A stretch of 64,000 nucleotides of DNA. It comes from Fibrobacteria bacterium (lineage in GTDB: Bacteria > Fibrobacterota > Fibrobacteria > UBA11236). The translations under genes were made by a program, and so were the position numbers. Positions 55,801-64,000 of the stretch are shown piece after piece. Each line of letters begins with the position of its first letter. Position 1 is the first letter of the stretch. Location of the stretch: the NCBI GenBank assembly GCA_043732185.1, contig JAYTHY010000074.1, positions 32,001-96,000 of the forward strand. The letters run 5' to 3'. Below the pieces are notes generated by a model. That model worked only from the letters and a program-made list of their open reading frames with translations. It had not been told where the DNA came from and did not search any database.

Positions 55801-57543
55801 TTAAACCACCACTACTGGCCAATGTGCGGTTAAAGTTTTGCGTAATGTCTCTAATTTTACCGGCTTGGTCAGGTATTCGTCCATCCCGGCATCTAAACAT
55901 CGCTGACGATCTTCTTCCATGGCATGCGCGGTAAGGGCAATAATTGGAATCCTGATGCTATGCATACTAGCCTTTTCCAAAGACCGAATGATACGCGTGG
56001 CTTCATTTCCAACTTTAGCGACATCGGACTTAACCTTTAGCCTATCCAGCATGGCCATAGCAACAATTCGATTGGTGATATTGTCTTCGACCAGAAGCAC
56101 ATGCTTAATCTTAATTTCCTGATCCACGGAATGGATCGGTAAGGCACGCGTTGCCCTATCGGACACATGCACTTCGCGTAAAGGGATTTGTAACCAGAAA
56201 CACGATCCTTTTCCAATTTCACTTTCTACCGCTATGCTGCCGCCCAGCAGCTCAACTAATCGATGGCATATTGCCAGCCCTAATCCCGTTCCGCCATATT
56301 TTCTAGAAAAAGATGAGTCTGCCTGGGTATACGGTTTGAATAAATTGGCCAAGGTCGTTTTGGACATGCCTATTCCCGAATCTAGTACCGCAAACTTTAC
56401 GTAACCGGGGCATTCCAACACTGTAGTAATATTCATGGCAATCGTTCCAGTTTCGGTAAACTTTATTGCGTTTCCCAATAGATTGATTAAAATCTGCCGG
56501 ATGCGTTGTGAATCTCCAGAGACCCGCGCAGGCAGGCTTGCTTGAAAATGCAATTGGATATCAATTCCTTTGCTTTTGGCCGTATCAGAGAATAAGGCGA
56601 GACAGTCTTCGCACAAAACCGCCAAATCAAAATTATCGTTATGAACTTCCAATTTTCCGGATTCGATTTTAGAAAAATCCAAAATATCATTTAGGATTGA
56701 AAGCAAACCCTCAGCCGACAATTGTAATGTTTGCAAATATTTTTTCTGTAAAGGATTCAGATCAGTCTCATTAATAAGCTGTGCAAGACCCATTATGCCA
56801 TTCATGGGTGTACGTATTTCATGACTGACGATGGCGATAAATTCTCCCCTAGAACGGGTTGCAGCCTCAGCAATTTCTTTGGCCTTGTTTAATTCTTGAG
56901 CCTGGGCCCCTAAACTCTTTGATTTAAGATTAAGGCTTTCGATGGCACGATGATAAGCTTGGAAAAAGCCATTAAGCATCGCGACGGTTGCGAAAAGTGA
57001 AGCAGGTATGGCTATCAACCACGTTATGGGTTTTGTAGCTGGATTTTGAAAATCTGGAATTGCAACGCCATGACGGGGAAGCCAATATAAAAGCAATGCA
57101 TCCAATGTCACGATTGCAATCCAAATAAAGGCTAAGCGAAGTCCTTGAGTCACCAAGATAAAAATGATTACTGGACCGTACCAAATTCCTGAACTGGCTT
57201 GCAATCCTCCGCTAAAAGCTCCGAGACAAACCGTTAAGAAAGTCGCCAATACAATCAGCCATAACGAAACCATTTTCAACGAACCGAACAGGCGATGGAT
57301 CAGGGGAGATAGGCCCACCAAAAACGCCGCACTAACAATGGCTATTCCCATTCCCCTATCGCCACGCAAATACCTTGATGTACCGACTAGACAGGCAGCA
57401 AGAAAAGCCACCAGCATAAAGACGTAGACGATCCTTTTTTGGCGTAAATCATCTTCCTTTTCCGGAAGATGGGATTTAGGGGCAAGCCTATCAACAATTC
57501 GGAATAGCAAAGCCAATTGAGCCATGGCAAATTGTTTCATCAA
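55801..57543 (-). CDS. Membrane hybrid histidine kinase whose receiver domain lacks the phospho-Asp segment
   Basis: About 6 TM, SHEIRTPMNG, NLLGNAIKFT, YGGTGLGL; REC reads VAKVGNEA|TRIIR, with DLIFMDCQMP missing. Confidence 0.85.
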   Translation of the reverse strand: MMKQFAMAQLALLFRIVDRLAPKSHLPEKEDDLRQKRIVYVFMLVAFLAACLVGTSRYLRGDRGMGIAIVSAAFLVGLSPLIHRLFGSLKMVSLWLIVLATFLTVCLGAFSGGLQASSGIWYGPVIIFILVTQGLRLAFIWIAIVTLDALLLYWLPRHGVAIPDFQNPATKPITWLIAIPASLFATVAMLNGFFQAYHRAIESLNLKSKSLGAQAQELNKAKEIAEAATRSRGEFIAIVSHEIRTPMNGIMGLAQLINETDLNPLQKKYLQTLQLSAEGLLSILNDILDFSKIESGKLEVHNDNFDLAVLCEDCLALFSDTAKSKGIDIQLHFQASLPARVSGDSQRIRQILINLLGNAIKFTETGTIAMNITTVLECPGYVKFAVLDSGIGMSKTTLANLFKPYTQADSSFSRKYGGTGLGLAICHRLVELLGGSIAVESEIGKGSCFWLQIPLREVHVSDRATRALPIHSVDQEIKIKHVLLVEDNITNRIVAMAMLDRLKVKSDVAKVGNEATRIIRSLEKASMHSIRIPIIALTAHAMEEDRQRCLDAGMDEYLTKPVKLETLRKTLTAHWPVVVV

Positions 57544-57570
57544 ACCGTTTATAATTCAATGCAAGATTGG

Positions 57571-59415
57571 CTAAGCCGCTTTTTCAAAAGCCTTTTTTAG
57601 CGCAAAGCTTAGGCTTGATTTATCATGCACCCAAGCGGCTAAAGCTTCTCCTAATGATGACGACTTAACGGGTTTGGTCAAATATGCATCCATTCCTGCA
57701 GCCAGGCAGCGAATCCTATCTTCCTCCATAGCATGTGCGGTAAGTGCAACTATCGGTATTCGCAATCCGGTTTTCGAAGCATTCTCCTTGGCTCGAATGG
57801 TTTGGGAAGCCAAATAACCATCCATTTCCGGCATCTGGCAATCCATAAAAATCAAATCAAAGCTGCCTTTTTCCCAATGCTCCACCGCCTCAATTCCGTT
57901 GTGGGCGACCTCGATGGAAACATTAAGCTTTTCCAACATTTTTACTACAACCATCAAGTTGACGGCATTGTCCTCCGCCACCAGTACGTGTGCTTTTGGC
58001 AACGCCATGTTTTTCACCTCTGGCACAGGAACCACACTCGATTTTACCGGCAATTTTGTTTCTAATAACGCCAACTCAAAACTAAAACAGGAGCCTTGAC
58101 CTAATTGGCTGTCCACGGAAATCTTTCCGCCCATCAAGGCTATTAAACGATTACAAATAGCCAAGCCCAATCCTGTTCCTCCAAATTTTCGCGATGACGA
58201 TGCATCTGCTTGAGTATAAGGCTGAAACAAAATTTTCAATGTGGCCTCGCTCATCCCAATTCCCTGGTCTTTAACCGTACATTTAACCCAGTCCTTGCGG
58301 CCTTCCAGAGGAAAAACGTTCACCTCAATAACGCCTTTTTCCGTAAACTTGACGGCATTCCCAATCAGGTTAAGTAAAACCTGACGAATGCGAACGGGAT
58401 CTCCAATCACATGATTGGGTAGGCCATTGTGATACTGAAAGTTTATTTTCAGGTTCTTTGTTTCTGAAATGCCCGCAAAAACGGAAAGGCTTTCCTCGCA
58501 CACAGCTTTTAAGGAAAAAGGTTCAGTCAAAACCTCCAATTTTCCCGCTTCAATTTTTGAGAAGTCTAATATATCTCCCAAGATTGAAAGCAGTCCTTCG
58601 GCGGAAATTCGTAATGCATGCATGAATTTCTGCTGTTCTTGAGACAGCACAGTTCCATTCATAAGTTGAGTCACTCCCAGTATTCCATTCATGGGAGTAC
58701 GAATTTCATGACTAACCGTTGCGATAAATTCGCTGCGAGATTTTGAGGCCGCCTCCGCTTCAAATTTGGCCTGGCCCAACTCTTTCGTTTGTATCAGCAA
58801 AGTTTTGGTTTGCCGATCTAAATTTCGAATGGCATGTCTATGGGTTTCAAAAAATCCATGGAGAATGCAGACAACAAGAAAGAGACTGGCGGAAAATGAA
58901 AGGCTCCATGAAATCGCTTTGTCTACCGGGTTTTCATAATCCGGAAACACAACCCCATGAGCAGATAACCACCATACCGTTAACGTTTCCAAACCAATCA
59001 CTCCGGTCAAAATCAATGCCGGCTTGCTTCCCTGAGTTACCATTACAAAAACAATCAAGGCACCGAACCAAACTTGCGATGAAGAATGCATTCCACCGGA
59101 AAGCAGACTGGTAGATAAGAGCATGGCCGTACACACACCGGAAATCCATAATCCGGCTGCGTTTAAAGATCCATAATATTTATGGTAAAGTGGTGTAAGC
59201 CCCATCAAGATGCCACAGATCAAAACTATCCAAGGGAGAACCCTATCGTGTTGTATAAACCCAAGCGTGCAGAAGAGAATATCGTTTACGAAAATCAAAA
59301 GGAATGCACCGTACACTATCCGGGCATTCCGGATATTTTCCTCTGAGCCGTTCCATTCTTTTTTTGGAATAAAGCGGTCCACCAACTTAAATAAAAAGGC
59401 AATAATCGATTCCAT
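57571..59415 (-). CDS. Membrane hybrid histidine kinase (HisKA-HATPase-REC)
   Basis: About 6 TM, SHEIRTPMNG, NLIGNAVKFT, FGGTGLGL, DLIFMDCQMPEMDG, LTKPV. Confidence 0.92.
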   Translation of the reverse strand: MESIIAFLFKLVDRFIPKKEWNGSEENIRNARIVYGAFLLIFVNDILFCTLGFIQHDRVLPWIVLICGILMGLTPLYHKYYGSLNAAGLWISGVCTAMLLSTSLLSGGMHSSSQVWFGALIVFVMVTQGSKPALILTGVIGLETLTVWWLSAHGVVFPDYENPVDKAISWSLSFSASLFLVVCILHGFFETHRHAIRNLDRQTKTLLIQTKELGQAKFEAEAASKSRSEFIATVSHEIRTPMNGILGVTQLMNGTVLSQEQQKFMHALRISAEGLLSILGDILDFSKIEAGKLEVLTEPFSLKAVCEESLSVFAGISETKNLKINFQYHNGLPNHVIGDPVRIRQVLLNLIGNAVKFTEKGVIEVNVFPLEGRKDWVKCTVKDQGIGMSEATLKILFQPYTQADASSSRKFGGTGLGLAICNRLIALMGGKISVDSQLGQGSCFSFELALLETKLPVKSSVVPVPEVKNMALPKAHVLVAEDNAVNLMVVVKMLEKLNVSIEVAHNGIEAVEHWEKGSFDLIFMDCQMPEMDGYLASQTIRAKENASKTGLRIPIVALTAHAMEEDRIRCLAAGMDAYLTKPVKSSSLGEALAAWVHDKSSLSFALKKAFEKAA

Positions 59416-59795
59416 CTGAATAGGATTATAGGGGTAGGCTAATCATTGACCCTTAATTATTCGATCTCAAAAACTTCAAATAACTCTGATTTTTAAAGAT
59501 TGCTTAGTGACGACCGACTTGCGTAAACAGGTAAGTTCCCCAGGGTGTAGTCCTTATGTCGAGGCCAACCCAATGTGGGAGAGAACTCCAGTATCGAAGC
59601 CAATCGCTTTGCTACGAGTGACAAGTTATTCAAAACGCTACCGATCGTATTCCGCTCGTTCGTCGCCGCCTTAAAGCACCAGGATAATTTCGCGGCAAGA
59701 ATGCGGTCAACCAGTTTTGTGAGTCCGTTGGCTTCCTTTGTAAATAAAAATATCAGCAAGCCAGGTAATACAAATCGAATTGTTCTTTTGTTAAC

Positions 59796-61046
59796 TCATT
59801 TCCCGTAAATGAACATGCGCCTCCGGATTGATTCCCGGGATCGGAGCATCAATACATATGCTCCTGCTGCCATTCCGGAACCGGTGAAGACGACTTCGTG
59901 CTCTCCTGCAGACAAATTTGCATGGACCAAAGTTGTGATTTTACGTCCACGACTGTCTTCAAAATCTAGATCAACCCTGCCGGGGCGGCCGATTGAGAAT
60001 TTTATTCTTGCGCCCGGCCTAAGCATGCTCGAAAGACCTGATGAGAATCCCAACTCCCGTTTTGACCCGGCTCCCGGGAGGAGTGCTGCTGGCAATTGGG
60101 AAAGTGGGCGGCGCCAAAGTCCACTCATGCTCCCAAGGTAAACATTAGTTCCATGGACCAACACAGTGCGAACATCTAAATTTACCAGGCCTGTATTGAA
60201 TGGCTCCCAACTCACCCCATCATTTCCTGAAAAATAAACCCCATGATCAGTGGCTGCAAAGAGGGTTGCACCATTCACTGTCAACCGATAAATCTCGCTC
60301 GACAGTCCAGAGGAGGCTGAGTTCCAAGTCGTGCCAGAATTAATAGAGAGGTAGACGGCCTGGGCAAACACGACGAAAAGCTTGTTTCCGCTCACGACCA
60401 AGTCATGGACTGAATTGAGGGATAATCTTGCTCCCACGGATTTCCAATCCAAGCCTTTATTTTCTGACAAGAAAATTTCACCTTTCATAGTCCCAATAAA
60501 GATTCGGCTTCCTAAAGTGGCCAAGGCTGACACACTTGTTTTTGGGGGCAAGCCGTTATTTACGGCAGTCCAATTCGCACCGGTTGTATCGGATCGGTAC
60601 ACACCGGTAGGGGTTCCTGCGAAAATATCATTACCGTCCACAAGGATCCCCATTACAGCGGAATCTGGGGTCAAGCCACTACTGATGGACTTCCAATTCG
60701 CCCCTGTGTCTGTGGAAAGAAAAACTCCAGTGCGCGTGCCCGCGAAAATATTGCTCCCACTGACGGTTAAGGCGAGGACGGGCTGTCCCTCCAACCCTTT
60801 ACGTGGATAAATCCAGGTCTTCCCGCTATCACTCGATTGGGCAGCGCCATTGTCTGAGCCAACCAGTAGGTGGCCTCCGATTTTGCTCAGCGTGTGAATG
60901 GAACTGAGCCCGCACCATACCCATTGGGCCTGGATGGTTCCGGTGCTAAAGATTAAGAGTAGTAAGCCCAATCGAAGACTATGGAAAAATGGGTTTTGAA
61001 TTTTGATGTTCATAATGCTTGAAGAGGGTAGGAAAAACAAAGTCAT
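59796..61046 (-). CDS. Secreted BNR/Asp-box beta-propeller protein with T9SS/FlgD-like tail
   Basis: Repeats 'IFAGT..GV[FY].S.D.G.[NT]W...N.GL'; 'DSRGRKI.TLV...LSAGEH.V.F......G.Y'. Confidence 0.8.
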   Translation of the reverse strand: MTLFFLPSSSIMNIKIQNPFFHSLRLGLLLLIFSTGTIQAQWVWCGLSSIHTLSKIGGHLLVGSDNGAAQSSDSGKTWIYPRKGLEGQPVLALTVSGSNIFAGTRTGVFLSTDTGANWKSISSGLTPDSAVMGILVDGNDIFAGTPTGVYRSDTTGANWTAVNNGLPPKTSVSALATLGSRIFIGTMKGEIFLSENKGLDWKSVGARLSLNSVHDLVVSGNKLFVVFAQAVYLSINSGTTWNSASSGLSSEIYRLTVNGATLFAATDHGVYFSGNDGVSWEPFNTGLVNLDVRTVLVHGTNVYLGSMSGLWRRPLSQLPAALLPGAGSKRELGFSSGLSSMLRPGARIKFSIGRPGRVDLDFEDSRGRKITTLVHANLSAGEHEVVFTGSGMAAGAYVLMLRSRESIRRRMFIYGK

Positions 61047-61161
61047 TTTCCAATATCAAACTCCGGACATTAAGGAATACGCCACCCGCCAAATATCATC
61101 CAAATCAAACTAAATAAGATGGATATGGACAATATATAGCCAATATTGTTAATATTTTGGC

Positions 61162-62349
61162 ATGTCCTACCGCCACTTGACCCCAATCCTTAAAAGTAGA
61201 GTCGCAAGCTTTCGGTCCGTTTACCTACACGGCCCCAGGCAAGTGGGCAAGACCACATTGTGTCGGAAAACATTTCCGGACTGGCCTTATGCCTCATTGG
61301 AAAACCCGGATCAACGGGCTTATGCTCTTGAGGACCCAAGAGGATTTCTGGCTCAATATCCCAAGGGAGCGATTCTCGATGAAGTTCAAAAGGTACCTAG
61401 CCTGCTTTCGTACTTGCAGGAAATTATTGATTCAGGCGGCTGCAAATTCATATTGACCGGTTCGCAAAACCTGCTCTTGATGGAAGGGGTCTCGCAAACA
61501 CTGGCGGGCCGTATGGCAATTCTACAACTGCTCCCAATGAGCCGTGCTGAATATCAGGAACGCGAAGCGTCCGATCCCGAAAAGGACCAGTACACGGGTT
61601 TGGAGCCCGTTTCCAAGTCCACCAATTTATGGGAAGAAATTTATCTTGGCGGTTTTCCTGAACCGCGGAACAAACCGGAAATTTTTCGTCCTTGGGCGGA
61701 TAGTTATATCGCTACTTATCTTGAGAGGGATGTTCGCAGTCTTCTCAAAGTACATGACCTTGGACTCTTTCAACGTTTTTTGATCCTTTGCGCAGTTCGA
61801 AGTGGACAACTGCTGAACCTTGCGTCCTTATCCTCGGATTCCGGCGTGAGCGAGGCCCAGTGTCGGCGCTGGCTGACTGTGTTGCAAGCATCAGAGTTGA
61901 TTTTTTTGTTACAGCCCTATCATGAAAATCTCGGCAAGCGAATCACCAAGTCCCCGAAACTTTTTTTTACGGATACCGGAATTCTCGGTCGCCTGCTCGG
62001 CATCGAATCTGCGGCCTCCATACCCACGCATCCTGCCATGGGCGCCTTATTCGAAACCTTTATCGTAAATGAAATCAGGAAATGTATGCTTAACCGGGGA
62101 GACCTTCCCGCTGAATTCTTCTGGCGTGATAAAACTGGCCATGAAATCGATTACCTGCTGCAATCGGGAACTCGCGTATCGGCGTTTGAATGCAAGGCGA
62201 CGCAAACTTTGGCGGGAGACCATTTTAAGAATTTAACCGGCTATATTGAACGACGGGGAAAGGAAAATACTACCGGTCGCCTGGTTTATGCCGGAAACTC
62301 TGAATTGGAACGGCGGGGCGTGAAAACGCTTCCCTGGTGGCGGATCTGA
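61162..62349 (+). CDS. AAA_14 + DUF4143 family ATPase with C-terminal nuclease-like motif
   Basis: GPRQVGKTTL, LDEVQ, LTGSQ, LAGR, GGFPE, TYLERDVR, KSPKLFF.DTG, EIDYL...ECK. Confidence 0.9.
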   Translation: MSYRHLTPILKSRVASFRSVYLHGPRQVGKTTLCRKTFPDWPYASLENPDQRAYALEDPRGFLAQYPKGAILDEVQKVPSLLSYLQEIIDSGGCKFILTGSQNLLLMEGVSQTLAGRMAILQLLPMSRAEYQEREASDPEKDQYTGLEPVSKSTNLWEEIYLGGFPEPRNKPEIFRPWADSYIATYLERDVRSLLKVHDLGLFQRFLILCAVRSGQLLNLASLSSDSGVSEAQCRRWLTVLQASELIFLLQPYHENLGKRITKSPKLFFTDTGILGRLLGIESAASIPTHPAMGALFETFIVNEIRKCMLNRGDLPAEFFWRDKTGHEIDYLLQSGTRVSAFECKATQTLAGDHFKNLTGYIERRGKENTTGRLVYAGNSELERRGVKTLPWWRI

Positions 62350-62564
62350 AGCACCATCCCGTCAATATCGCTTGCCTACCTTGTTTTAATTATCGCCAGA
62401 TAAGTTCCATTGAATAGCAAACCATTTTCTTCGACTGCGGTCATTTCGATATCGGCGTCGACGGATAATGCCAAGCTTAAAAGTACCACTTATTGACGCT
62501 TTTGACTGAATTCCATTTTTTAATTGGCAATTTTTAAACCGTATGCTCCTTCGATTTACTTCGA

Positions 62565-62608
62565 TTTACCTATAGTATTCTCAGTCTTTACCTATGCTCT
62601 CCTCAGTC
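62565..62608 (+). repeat. 22-bp imperfect direct repeat (putative regulator binding site)
   Basis: TTTACCTAT-agtatt-CTCAGTC / TTTACCTAT-gctctc-CTCAGTC; preceded by a TTCGATTTAC x2 10-mer. Confidence 0.7.
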
Positions 62609-62640
62609 AAATTATTGAATAGGCCATTTGGAGGACTATT

Positions 62641-64000
62641 ATGACAAGACGGAATGTCTTTACACCAAGATCAATTGGATGAGTGCGTCAGCGACAATTT
62701 TGCTCATGATTGGCTTTTCATATGGACTTGATATCCATGTTTCTGCTGTGGCGCCCTCTGATGGAGATGGGTCCTCCGCCAACCCGTACCGGACGATTCA
62801 GGCGGCAGCGACTAACGCCAGCGCCGGCGATAATGTTCTCATCCATGCAGGAATTTACCGCGAAACCGTGACGCCTGCACATTCAGGATCTAGTGAATCA
62901 TCCCGCATTACATTTATGCCTTATCAGAAAGATATTGTAATAGTGGACGGAGCCGACCCCTTAACTGGGTGGACTGTATCAACCGGGGCTATTTTCAAAG
63001 CACCTCTCGGTTGGGACCTGGGTGCTCAAAATCAGATTTTTGTCAACGATACCATGGCTCACCTGGCACGCTGGCCCAATGTCCGTGATGGTGTAGATCC
63101 CTTCTTCAACTTTGAAAGTTATGCCACTTGCGACGCAGGTAGCGCAGATGCCCATATCATCGATAATGCACTACCAGCAAAGCCGGACAACTTCTTCCAA
63201 GGGAGTACGTTGTGGGCGCTATTCGGAGTAAAATGGACATCTTTTGGTACCCGAGTGACAAGCTCACAAGGAAACAACCTCTATTATCCTTCCCATGGAG
63301 ACGCACCCTTTGTTAAACCGTATGGTCCCATGATGTCTTCTGACCGCGAGCTCTACTTCCTGGCAGGTAAACTCAATCTCTTAGATACCATCAACGAATG
63401 GTATTATGATAATAGTGCCAAACAACTTTATTTGCAGGTAGCGGGGGGCGGTAATCCAGGTACCTCTGTGAAAGCAAAACATCGGCAGTTTGCTTTTAAT
63501 CTCTCAGACAAATCGTATATCACTATTAAGAATATCCGCGTCTTTGCCTCAACCATTACCATGCTTAATTCGAACCACTGTGTTCTGGATGGGATTAACG
63601 CTCGCTATATCAGTCATCATTCCATGGACAATATTGACCCTTATGCCGGAACCGGGGCCTTTGGCACCGGCGGCAGCGGAATCACTCTTTCGGGTAATGC
63701 GGACACGGTCAAGAATTGTATTATCAAATACAGTGCCGGATCCGGTGTTTCACTTATGGGTTCCAACCATGTAATTGACAATAACGATATCCAGTATACA
63801 AATTACATCGGTTCATATTGCGAAGGTATCCACAACAATGGGGATGAAGTTCAAGGAACTAACATCCGCATCACCCGCAACAAAGTCTGGTATGCAGGTG
63901 GACCACTGATTGACAATACTCGAATGAAGGGAACCAATGATAATTACACCTTTGTTTTTTATAATGACTGTGCTTATGGGGAACAATTAGGCGACGATCG
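62641..64000 (+). CDS. Secreted parallel beta-helix protein (DUF1565-like), running off the window end; signal peptide split by a 1-nt frameshift (main frame from ATG 62679)
   Basis: Not in the ORF track; my translation from 62679 is open to 64000: GDGSSANPYRTIQAAA..A.AGD.V.IHAGIYRETV, LARWPN, EWYYD, SAGSGV, beta-helix repeats; GGAGG RBS precedes ATG 62641 in another frame. Confidence 0.8.

Noticed and set aside
59420..59795. Intergenic region considered as a riboswitch, ncRNA or integron attC site
   Set aside because: No recognisable riboswitch core, no proper RYYYAAC/GTTRRRY pair and no integrase
63490..63774. 94-aa ORF in the track
   Set aside because: Out-of-frame shadow inside the real beta-helix gene that runs from 62679 to the window end

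Overview
Gene-dense bacterial chromosomal segment, most consistent with a free-living, probably flagellated member of the FCB group. Fibrobacterota is my inference from a fused SecDF, many secreted proteins with T9SS-like C-terminal tails, and Bacteroidota-type MiaE and DUF6588. Housekeeping genes: phoB/phoR, pit + DUF47, aspS, hlyC/corC, lpxB, rlmN, secDF, cysK, ogt, purB, a PPi-dependent PEP carboxykinase, miaE and a PIF1-like helicase. These are interspersed with secreted or outer-membrane accessory proteins: three beta-helix enzymes, a repeat-containing M23 peptidase, a VIT-type protein, OmpA, a GSDH, a BNR propeller and a PEP-CTERM protein. I saw no rRNA, tRNA, CRISPR array or intact mobile element. 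Main observations: (1) a stand-alone protein matching the N-terminal deaminase half of TrcP/long RluA tRNA C-to-pseudouridine editors, with no pseudouridine synthase; (2) four precise lesions: an in-frame TAA in cheB, an in-frame TAG in a dipeptide epimerase, a 26-aa deletion removing the phospho-Asp of a hybrid kinase receiver, and a frameshifted signal peptide; (3) a PEP-CTERM gene with a sigma-54 plus enhancer promoter; (4) a consensus sigma-28 promoter on an unknown small gene; (5) repeated leaderless-type promoters; (6) clustered Bacteroidota-type O-glycosylation sequons; (7) a coupled NUDIX-nucleotidase-lpxB operon. All family calls come from motif recognition by eye; no database searches were run.
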